The position numbers and the translations under genes are program-made. Under the pieces are notes generated by a model, which was given only the letters and a program-made list of their open reading frames with translations, did not search any database and was not told the origin of the DNA. A stretch of DNA of 63,806 nucleotides, the filler included, from Reclinomonas americana ATCC 50394 (lineage: Eukaryota): assembly GCA_048213135.1 (NCBI GenBank). It is 5 parts of 5 records of this genome, joined end to end, with 100 filler letters (N's around TTAATTAATTAA, not from the genome) between each part and the next. Parts side by side here need not be neighbours in the genome. Positions count along the whole stretch, not along the records: positions 19,187 to 47,127 come from PS015312.1; 4 more parts are not named here. One strand, 5' to 3'. Below, piece by piece: positions 28,901 through 39,825 of the stretch (the first letter of the stretch is position 1; each line of letters starts with the position of its first letter).

Positions 28901-29326
28901 NNNNNNNNNNNNNNNNNNNNNNNNNNNNNNNNNNNNNNNNNNNNNNNNNNNNNNNNNNNNNNNNNNNNNNNNNNNNNNNNNNNNNNNNNNNNNNNNNNNN
29001 NNNNNNNNNNNNNNNNNNNNNNNNNNNNNNNNNNNNNNNNNNNNNNNNNNNNNNNNNNNNNNNNNNNNNNNNNNNNNNNNNNNNNNNNNNNNNNNNNNNN
29101 NNNNNNNNNNNNNNNNNNNNNNNNNNNNNNNNNNNNNNNNNNNNNNNNNNNNNNNNNNNNNNNNNNNNNNNNNNNNNNNNNNNNNNNNNNNNNNNNNNNN
29201 NNNNNNNNNNNNNNNNNNNNNNNNNNNNNNNNNNNNNNNNNNNNNNNNNNNNNNNNNNNNNNNNNNNNNNNNNNNNNTCTCTACTCTCGGTCGCGCGCGT
29301 CGTGTAGTGTGTGTGTCGTGTGTGTG

Positions 29327-29380
<54 letters not shown>

Positions 29381-29675
29381 ATTCACGTGTGCGTGTCTCA
29401 GTCACTCTGCATCTCTCTCTCTCTTCTCTCTCTCTCTTCTCTCTCTCTCTTCTCACCTTCAACAACACCACTCGCACACTCGACTGCGAGAAGCATGCTC
29501 TGTGCGGCATCGCCAGTCGTCTCACGGCCAGCGCAAACATACTTCTCCTGAGCGACGAATGAAAACGAGAGGAAAACACGAGTAAAATTGCTAAAAACGT
29601 TGTTGACGTTCATGCGAGTATCGATGATGGGCAGACTGTCGCCGACAATGCAAATGATGCTGGTGGCAGCTCTGA
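25908..29675 (-). CDS. GT90/CAP10-family glycosyltransferase, type II membrane protein; exon 1 (29612-29675) is on the + strand of an inverted contig
   Basis: PDFDIAVNLSD; DILMPDFTF; MFWRG; HCRYRYLLSIEGMSWTARNKYLM; LLRPWTHYVP. Exon 1 MRVSMMGRLSPTMQMMLVAAL joins IATVICSWWWFL in phase 1. Confidence 0.85.
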
Positions 29676-29817
29676 GTGAGTAGAGAGAGAGAGATAGAGA
29701 GAGTGACTGATTGAGAGAGAGAGAGTGACTGAGAGAAAGACTGATGAGAGAACGAGAGAAAGAGAAAGACTGATGAGAGAAGACTGAGAGAGAGAGAGAG
29801 AGAACGAGAGACCGACT

Positions 29818-29871
<54 letters not shown>

Positions 29872-30616
29872 GAGAAGAAGAAGAAGAGAGACTAGNNNNN
29901 NNNNNNNNNNNNNNNNNNNNNNNNNNNNNNNNNNNNNNNNNNNNNNNNNNNNNNNNNNNNNNNNNNNNNNNNNNNNNNNNNNNNNNNNNNNNNNNNNNNN
30001 NNNNNNNNNNNNNNNNNNNNNNNNNNNNNNNNNNNNNNNNNNNNNNNNNNNNNNNNNNNNNNNNNNNNNNNNNNNNNNNNNNNNNNNNNNNNNNNNNNNN
30101 NNNNNNNNNNNNNNNNNNNNNNNNNNNNNNNNNNNNNNNNNNNNNNNNNNNNNNNNNNNNNNNNNNNNNNNNNNNNNNNNNNNNNNNNNNNNNNNNNNNN
30201 NNNNNNNNNNNNNNNNNNNNNNNNNNNNNNNNNNNNNNNNNNNNNNNNNNNNNNNNNNNNNNNNNNNNNNNNNNNNNNNNNNNNNNNNNNNNNNNNNNNN
30301 NNNNNNNNNNNNNNNNNNNNNNNNNNNNNNNNNNNNNNNNNNNNNNNNNNNNNNNNNNNNNNNNNNNNNNNNNNNNNNNNNNNNNNNNNNNNNNNNNNNN
30401 NNNNNNNNNNNNNNNNNNNNNNNNNNNNNNNNNNNNNNNNNNNNNNNNNNNNNNNNNNNNNNNNNNNNNNNNNNNNNNNNNNNNNNNNNNNNNNNNNNNN
30501 NNNNNNNNNNNNNNNNNNNNNNNNNNNNNNNNNNNNNNNNNNNNNNNNNNNNNNNNNNNNNNNNNNNNNNNNNNNNNNNNNNNNNNNNNNNNNNNNNNNN
30601 NNNNNNNNNNGTAGAG

Positions 30617-30654
<38 letters not shown>

Positions 30655-32234
30655 AGAGAGAGAGAGAGAAGACACACACACACGCACACACATACACGCG
30701 TGCACGCTGAATGAGAGAGCAGAGAGGAGAGAGGAGAGAGAGAGAGAGCGGAGTCTGTCTGTGTGTGCACGAGTTCTCACACTCATCTCTCTCTCTCTGT
30801 CTCTCACTCACTCACACACACATGCACACACACGCGCGCACACACACACACTCAAGCACAGAGTGGGCGCCTGTGAGAGAGTGAATGCATGCATGCACAC
30901 ACGCATTCACGTCTCTCTCTCATGCATTCTCATCTCAATCTTCTTCTTAGGATATGAATGCGCTGGGAGCTCAAGGCGAGGCGGTCAAGGTGAAGCCGGG
31001 CTTTGCACGCAACTTCCTCGTGCCCAAGAAGATGGCCATGTATGCCACACCCGCAGTCGTGGCCAAGCATCTCCAGACTATCAGTGTTGCGTTGCTCCTT
31101 TCACCTCTCCCTGTTTCTTCTCCTCCTTCTTCTCTCCCTGTTTCTTCTCCTCCTTCTTCTTTTCTCTCGCTCGCTCTCTCGTTTTCTCTTATACATACTC
31201 CTCTGCTCCCTTCCTTTCTCGTCGCCTTTCGCCATTCTCATTCTCCGCATTCTGCTCATTCTTGTCTTCCTTGCTTTGTGTCTTTCCCTCCTCCTCCTCT
31301 CATGCAGCCTTTCCTTCTTCTTCTTCTTCTCCTCCTCCTCCTTCTGCTTCTTTTCTCTCACTCGCTCTCTCGTTTACTCTTATACACACTCATGTCCCTT
31401 CTCATTCGCATCGCATTCTGCTCATTCTCGTCTTCCTTGCTTTGTGTCTTTCCCTCCTCCTCTCGTTTAGCCTCTCTTCTCTCTCTCAAACGCTCACACT
31501 TCTCTCGCCTCTGCTCCCTTCCTCCTTTGCTCCGTCTTTCGTCATTCGCATGCTCGCATTCTGTTCATTGTCGTCTTCCTTTGTGTCGTTCCCTCTCTAT
31601 CTCATTCTCCTCTCCCTTCTCTCTCGCCTTCTCGCATTCTGTTAATCCTCGATCCATCCACTCCTCTTCCTATTCTCGTCTTTTTCCCTCCGCTCTCTTC
31701 TCCCTCTCCCTCCCTCCCTTCTCCCTCTCTTCTCATCTCCCTCCCTTCTCCTCCCTCTCCCTCACCTCCCCACACAGGAGGAGCGCCGCAAAGAGCAAGA
31801 CGACCGGCGGCGATTCGACCAGCTGCAGACCCGGCTGAGTGCGCGCGCGGTGGTCTTCAAGCGATTCTCGGAGGATGGAGTGGCGGTGCGCTCGCCAGTG
31901 ACGGCGGATTTGATTGCACACAAGCTGGCTGTTGCGTGACGAGAAGGAGAAAGAGAGGAGAGGGCCTCTTTGTTTCTGTCTCGACATCCCTCCCGTGCCT
32001 CCTTGATTCTTTGTCTCTTTCTGCCGACTGCTGTCTTCCCTATTCCTCCCCCGCTCCCCACCCCTTTCCTTACGTCCCCTTACATCCCTTCTCCTATAGG
32101 CACAAACCGAGCTGGAGATCACCGGCAGCGATCTGCTGCTGCGGGAACCCATCAAAACCATCGGCGAGCACCCTCTGGCACTCGTCCTGCGCGGCAGCCA
32201 ATTCACCTTCAAGCTGCTCGTTGTCAAGCGCTGA
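29457..32234 (+). CDS. MRPL9: Mitochondrial ribosomal protein bL9m; exon 1 (29540-29457) is on the - strand of the inverted contig
   Basis: MFALAVRRLAMPHRACFSQSSVRVVLLK|DMNALGAQGEAVKVKPGFARNFLVPKKMA ... PIKTIGEH; exon 2 starts at 30951 and TGA is at 32232-32234. Confidence 0.9.
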
Positions 32235-32359
32235 GTCGGTTTTACCCTTTCCGTCCCTCCGTTCTTCTAGATCCTAATCTCCCCCCCATTTCGCTGCGCA
32301 CGTAGCAGCAGCAGTAGCCCGTGCGTGTAATGTACGTGCACCCTATCCCATGATTACAA

Positions 32360-35300
32360 TTACGTATTGGCGGCGGCGATCACGAGACCGCGCGCATAAA
32401 CAATCAGCGATTCGACTAGCGAGCGGCGCCCCAGCATTGCCTTGAGGGCACGCGCTGCCTTGTTTGCCAGCAATCGCCACTGCCGTCGGTGGCTTGGATA
32501 CAAGTGCACGAGAGTGGCCAGTGCCAGCGCCGTGTACATGCCCGACGACTCCACCGGGAAGCACGACCGCGCAAAGTCCGACACCAGCTCGTCCACCTGT
32601 GTGCGTGCGAGTCAGTCGCCTGCCCGCTCTCTTTCTTCCTCCCAACGCTTCTCCCATCACGTACCCCACTGCTCGTGAACCCGAGAATGGAACAGAGAGC
32701 GCTGCTCTCGACCCACAGGCCGGAGGCACGCTGCGAAAACATGAGCTTATCCAACTGGGGATTGCGTCGCACAGTGGCCGCTTGATACGGCGACTGTGCC
32801 TCCGACCCTCGTTGCGGGGAGCGCCACGACGGCCGCGACTGTGCGCACGAACATGAGATCCTACACGTCGGCATTCAACGACGACGACGACATACCGATT
32901 GACTGCGCAACCTGCTCGACGGCGACGACAACGACAGCGCACGGCTGCCGCGCCGACTGCCACCAGCGGCCGATTTCGGCGGCACACTGCAAAGAGAAAA
33001 TGTGAGCGTCGAGGTTGGGGATCAGCTAACAATGCACGCTGCGCGCACCACACATCCTCGCTTGGTCCGGTGACGTGAATGACGGAACGCGACAGACTGC
33101 CGATATCTGTGCATGGTGCAGCAGCGTGAGTGTCATGCACACGCAGCGGGGGTGTCTATCGCAGCAGCACGCACCAGCCCACGACCCTCGCGGTCCCACC
33201 GCCATGCAGGTGACGCTGGACGGCAGATTGAAATTGAGAGCCCAGCCAGCCAGATCCGATTTCGCACTGCGCGTATGCGGTGATTCAGCAAGAAGGCGCA
33301 CGTGTGAGTAGGCGGTACACGGATGTCACGCACCGTGGTTTCGAGCTCTCCAGCGTCTGCACCCACTGACGAGCGGCAAGTGCATGGATGGTGGATGTAC
33401 GTCTGGCGTTGCTCACGTCGAGGATGGCTTTTCGCTCAAAGTGCTTGCCTCCTGAATGCGAGGTTTGAGTGCATGAGAACGAAGTCTCTCTTGCCTCTCG
33501 TTGTCACACAAACCTTCGCCAGTGTACTGCACAATCACCTCGCATGGCGCGGTAATGTCGGGAAGCATGGCGTACAGGAGAATCAAGTCACCTGAACAGT
33601 TACATGGTCAGCGCGAGCGAGATGCAGTGGCGTCCTTGCAACACAAACCAGCAAACAACGGCGGCACGTCCTCAAACAGGTATTCGACTCCAGCAGCCGA
33701 CAGGGTGACATTCACGTCTGTCACGCTGCATGCACAATCAAAGCCAGTGAGGGGGAGATAGGGGCAGTGATCTTGCTTTGCGCGCACACTCACCATGGCA
33801 CATGGGCGACTGAGGGAACAACGACAACAACAGCACATCCGCAGTCAGCATGTGCACAACGACTTGCGAGACAAAAAGCTCGTACCTTCCAGCTGCTCCA
33901 TGACGATGTTTGCGACATCCTGCGTCGAATCCAAGTCCGTGAAGGCAAACAGACCGTTGCCGAGGCGAGCCTGCACAGTGTCCATCGCAGAGTGAGCAGA
34001 CGACAAAGGAAGAAGTGCGACACCGCAAAAATCATCAGTGACCATTTCTTTCAGCGTGCGAATGTCGGCCTCACGTCCCATGGCGACGGTGAACAGGCGA
34101 GTGTACGACGATGCTCGCCGAACTGCGCAAGTAACAGGCTGGGTAAGACGAGGCGCCACTACCTATCCCCAGCCCTCCGTCAGCTCCAGCTCACCGGTCT
34201 CACAGCACAGCTGCTTGTCAGCGATCCATCCGTCGGTGATGCAAAAGACGACACGAGACCAGCCAATCTCCAACTGCAAGAGAAAGAGCAGCAATGTCAG
34301 TTGATACGCAACCTCCACCACAGATCATCGCAGGTGTCAGCGTACCGGGTCCGTCATGATCGCATCCAGCACGTTCAGCATTTGGGTGCCTGTGTTCGTT
34401 CCGCACTGTTAGCATGCGCAACAACAATCGAGGGTCACCATCCTCCCCGTCGCACCTTTCATGTTGGCATCGCTCTGCTGAATAAAAGCACGTGCCTCCT
34501 TCAGCGTCTTCCCACTCAGCGTCATGGGTGCCGGCCACATGCTCACAAAGTCGCTGCCGAATCTGCATCCCCGAGACACACGTCAGTTGAAGCCCTTCTC
34601 CTCCTATGACAGTTCACGACTCACCGTACGATGTTGAACGGCACCGACTCGTCGAGACTTTGCACGAAGAGCTCCAGCGCGTACTTGGCTTGCAGCATGC
34701 GCTCGCCGGCCATGGATCGACTGATTCACTATTTGTCAGCACACACAATGTCAATGCAACACTCTGCAAGTGAAAACTGACCTGCAGTCCAGCACGAAGA
34801 TGACTTCGCTGTTGATGCTGCGCGGCGCAGCGTCGATCGGCAACACTACAAACAGAGCACTCCAGTCAGACGCAAGGCACGTGTGCTGACTATGGGGAAA
34901 CTCCGCTCACCGAGACCAATGCAAGCAGCGTAGCGCAAATGCCGCGCCTCCTCACTCAGCGACGTCTGTCTTCCGACAGTGATGACGGGCACAGGTAGTC
35001 TGGCCTCCGGCATCACGTTCATCAGCAAAAAGTCGCGATACTTGCCCTCCAGTGAGCCGCGCAGTTTGATGACGCCGTGGCAATCGTCAATCGCCACATC
35101 CTCCACCACGTTGGTGATGGACACCATGCTGGCAATGCGTGTCTCCATGAATGCCTCGATCGTACAGATAGGCTGATCCGGATCACTCCTGTCGTGGCGA
35201 GGGCTAAATGAGGCACTGGAATGTGGACGAAACACACTGCGCTCCAAACCTGGTGGCAGCCGGCAGGTGATACACTGGAAGCATCACCTGCACGCTGGCG

Positions 35301-36648
35301 CTCTCGCGGTCCCACGTCGCCTCCGAAGCGTACGTCAGCAGAATCTCCACTCGGCCTCCAGCCTCCACACGCCCAATTGGCAGACGATACAACTCCTGGT
35401 CGGGTCGCAGAAGCAGCGTGTCGGGGCGCTGATCAGTGAGCGACGTCTCTTGCACCGGCTGGATGCCTTCCAGTGTGTGGAACTGCGCAGAGGATGTGAA
35501 CGTCATGTAGAAGGCGCGGTTGGAACGTGTGCCACGGACGCAACGTGAACAACATGGTCCTGGCACCGCGAGGTGAACCCAATAATGACTGTCGTGCCCG
35601 TGAGTCGCGGGAAAATGTACTCGAACTCGACGGCATGATCGCTGGTGTTCTGGAACAGCTGCTGCATATACACGGTGAAGACGAACTGATGCAGCGTCGC
35701 GCGTAGCGTGTGACCTGTGCCAATCGTCTTTGGTGAGACGCCGCAATGACATCTCGCTCACGCATGGGAGACAAACCGACGAGTCGAGCCGTCCGGCGCA
35801 CCATCGACGAATTCTGCAGCTCGATGAGAACATGCAGGAGGAGCGCAGCACACATACATAACAATCTTTCACACACACGCACTTGCAGCAAATCCTCCAA
35901 CTCCGGCTCGAGCTGCGGACCAAGTGTGCGCAATGGCAGCAAGCCGAAATGTACGGGATCGGCAGGTGGCAGGAAGGCTGGCACTCGCGGAGGCCCGCGC
36001 GACTGCACCGTGCTATCGTCCTCGAAACCGCGGAAGAACAAATCATCTGGTGGCACGGGGTCGTCGTGCTGCGCGGATATGAGAGGGGACTTAAAAGTCA
36101 GCTGATGTGTGCACGGAAGGCACAAAAAGTGCATCAGTACGCACCGCCGGAGTCACGACTTGCCGTGGAGACGGCGATGATGCGCGGGATGAAACCACCG
36201 GTGAACGGCGGTCGCGTGAAGATGGCGAAGACGAGCGCGAAGACACCACAAGTGAATGCCTTTCGCGTGGAGAAGAAGACCGCGACGATGACGACGACCG
36301 CTTGCTGCGAGGCCCTCCCGGAACTAAAGGAGAAGGCGGCGACGACGACCGCTTCCTCCGTGGTCTCGACGGTGCTGAAGGCGAATGCCGCTTCGAAGAG
36401 CGCTTCCTCCGCGGCCTCGATGGCAATGAGTGAGAGTGCGAAGGAGACGAGGAAGATGATCTCTCGCGGTGCGGTCTCGCCGGTGCTGAAGGTGAATGCG
36501 GTGACGTCGATCGGTTCCTGCGTGGCCTCCCTGGTGCTGAAGGTGAATGCGGCCTCGACAACCGCTTCCTCCGCGGTCTCGACGGCGCTGACGGCGAATG
36601 CGATGGCGACGAAGAAGATGATCGCTCGCGGTGCGGTCCCGTCGGCGC
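32360..36648 (-). CDS. VIT + vWA domain protein (VWA5A/ITIH-like) preceded by an RS/Pro-rich tract
   Basis: VIT: LHQFVFTVYMQQLFQNTSDHAVEFEYIFP. vWA MIDAS: SEVIFVLDC|SRSMAGERMLQAKYALELFVQSL. C-terminal TALALATL...QWRLLANKA. Confidence 0.85.
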
Positions 36649-37052
36649 NNNNNNNNNNNNNNNNNNNNNNNNNNNNNNNNNNNNNNNNNNNNNNNNNNNN
36701 NNNNNNNNNNNNNNNNNNNNNNNNNNNNNNNNNNNNNNNNNNNNNNNNNNNNNNNNNNNNNNNNNNNNNNNNNNNNNNNNNNNNNNNNNNNNNNNNNNNN
36801 NNNNNNNNNNNNNNNNNNNNNNNNNNNNNNNNNNNNNNNNNNNNNNNNNNNNNNNNNNNNNNNNNNNNNNNNNNNNNNNNNNNNNNNNNNNNNNNNNNNN
36901 NNNNNNNNNNNNNNNNNNNNNNNNNNNNNNNNNNNNNNNNNNNNNNNNNNNNNNNNNNNNNNNNNNNNNNNNNNNNNNNNNNNNNNNNNNNNNNNNNNNN
37001 NNNNNNNNNNNNNNNNNNNNNNNNNNNNNNNNNNNNNNNNNNNNNNNNNNNN

Positions 37053-39586
37053 AACCTCCTTTGGCGGAGGCGGCTGCTCGTCTCGTGGCGTCGTCTGTGT
37101 GGAGTGGGGGTGCAACGGCGGGCGGTGGTGGTGTTGTTGTGGCGCCTCGTCACGCGGTGTTGTCTGCGTCGAGTGCGGGTGCATGGGTGGCGGTGCTGCA
37201 GCAATTGGCGGTGGTGGTGGAGGTGGCGGTGGTGGTGGAGGTGGCGGTGGTGGTGGAGGCAGCGGCGCTTCAGTACGCGGCGTCGTCTGAGTCGAGTGCG
37301 GACGCATTGGCGGTGGTGCTGCTGCTGTCGACGGCGATGGCGACGGCGCCTCGATTCGCGGCGTCGTCTGGGTCGAGTGCGTGTGCATCGCGTGGTGGTG
37401 GTGGTTATCGTGGTGGTGATGATGCTTGTCGCCATCTTCAACATCACCGGCAGCGACTGACGGTGGCGCATCGTGAGCACACACACACGTACATAGTTGC
37501 AAAAATGGCCACTCACACTCACCCGCGTGTCGCTCTCGCGGCGATGGATGAGAGCTGCCGGACGACGAGGATGCCGACGACGACACTGGCGATGATGGCC
37601 GCGACTCGCCGCTGGCGTCACCTGTCTGCGTCGACTGATCCACGAGGGTTTCCCACCAGATCGTGTTCTGCACCGACTGGTCGCGCATCCACTCGTGCGC
37701 CTCGGTCTGCACGGCACACGATACTGGCGCATGTCGCGGTGTTGTTTGCACAGAGTGCACCTGTTCGTGTTGCGCGCGATGAGGTGAGCACAAGGACTCA
37801 ACACAGCATCGCAACGGATGCAGCACACTCACCGTGCGTGCCAAGTACCGCGCCGACGAGGGACCAGCGGAAGACTGTGATGTGGGTGTCAGCACACTCT
37901 CCTGGTGAAAGAAAAAAAGGAAAGAGTCGACTCTTCCTCACCGGCGCACTCGGCGGCGGATCGACACGAGCACCGCTCTCAATCATGTTGGGCAGATCGA
38001 TAAACGTCGGGAACAGCTACACAAACACACACGGTGTTCAGGAAAACTCAGCTGCAGGGAGAGAGAAGTAGAGGTGAACGCACTGGCTCATCGTCTTTTG
38101 GGGTCCAAGCGGTCGGCACCTACACACGGAGTGAGCGCGAGTTGCAGTAAACAGAGACGCTGCGTTGAGACACACACACACACCAGTAGTCGAGCACTGG
38201 AGGGCGTCACTTGACCGGGCGAGGCGGGCATGCGGCGCATCGCGGGTGAGATGAGACCACTGCCCCTGCCAGAGTCCGGAGCGATATACAGTGGCGGTGG
38301 ATCCTGCGCGGTGGAACGAGTGAGTCAAGGAGTGTTGGCGACTTGCGCTATCAGTCACAGATGTGGCGCACCGCTGCCGCCGTGGACTGCCGCTCCGAAT
38401 CCGACGACTCGGAGTCGCTGCTGCCGGCCGACGAACCCGACGATGACGACTCGTACGACACCGTCTGCAGCGCAACCATGAGTGCGCCGAGGAGTGCAAA
38501 GGGAGGGAAAAACAACGAGCCCAACCTGCACAGCGTCGCCAGTCCTCGCCTTCGTTTTCTTCTTCTTCTTTTTCTCCTTCTTCTCCCTCTTCGTGCTCTT
38601 GCCGACCTTGTACTTCTTGTCCTTGCTGTCCTTCTTCTTCTTGCTCTTCTTCTTGCCCGGCGCCAAACACGCCGCAAAGCACGGACAGCAGAACCACCAG
38701 AGTCCCGGGCACATCAGCAGCGGAATGATGAGTAGCAGCAGTAGCCAGCGCCACTCAAAGTCAAGCGCTGCATTGCCAGCTGTGTCTGTGATCGCATATA
38801 GTGAGCTGTGCGACTACGAACACCACGGCATTGTTGCATACGAAACCACTGGCAGCATCGCGTGTCGTCACTGTCATCGCAGCAACCCGCACTCCACTGG
38901 CCAGCACCACTGTGCCATGTGGTCGCTGCCACCGCAACTCGTACTCCCCATCAGCAGGCACCGCCAGTGCCGCACTGGCGACAATCATTCCCGTTGTCTG
39001 TCGCTGACACTGCAACTCGAACAGCGACTCGGACACGCTCACCAGCACCAGTCGATCGCTGCACGACAGACCACTGCCACTCACAACAACGACCTGTGCA
39101 CCACCATCAGAGGCACGACACAAAGACAAAAGAGAGACATGAGTAGTGAGAGAGAGACTCAACAGTGCCATCGCCCAGGATATCGACGCGATCGATGAGC
39201 AGCGGTCCCAGTCGCGGTGCCAGTGGGCGCCACCTCTCCTCCTCCTCCTCCTCCTCACTAGTGGAGGAAGATCGACTTCGCACACACCAATGCTGCGCAG
39301 AGGCGAGTGGAGGAGCGATCGAGTCCCACCACTCCACCTGCGCCTCCACCTCCGCCTGGTCGACATCGACCGCGGTGGCGACGATCACCACGGCCGTGGC
39401 GCGAGCCGGTGGCGCGCACAGTGCATTGTCAAAGAGCGTCACGTGCGTTGGCGACAACGATAATGATGAGCGCGCGAATCGCACTGACTCGCGACGCTCA
39501 GTGGTGTTGCCGAGGGTGAAGACAGTGGAGAGGAGGAGGAAGAGGAGGACAAGAACCAGCAGGCACCATCTTCTCCTCGCCAACAT
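37053..39586 (-). CDS. Single-pass membrane protein (signal peptide, small ectodomain, TM, Lys/Ser/Pro-rich tail with TQT repeats); may be the 5' part of the VIT-vWA gene
   Basis: Leader MLARRRWCLLVLVLLFLLLSTVFT; TM WRWLLLLLIIPLLMCPGLWWFCC followed by poly-K. Phase-consistent exons continue without a stop to the gap at 37052. Confidence 0.6.
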
Positions 39587-39825
39587 TGGGTGTTTTGGTT
39601 GTGAGTCTTGCAGAAGAGCGAGCCGCGCGCGGGACGAAGAAAACTGCCGCGTTTGGCAGTTTCCTTGTTCGATATCATGCATTGTTTTTTACCCTTCTCT
39701 TGGCGCTTGTTTACGCAGCACCACACGCTCTATGATCTCATCATGGGCTTACCGAGTCCGCGGAGGAAATGCTCGCCGAACTCGGAGAATCATGCACGCG
39801 TCCGCTAACTTCCCTTTTTTTTTAA

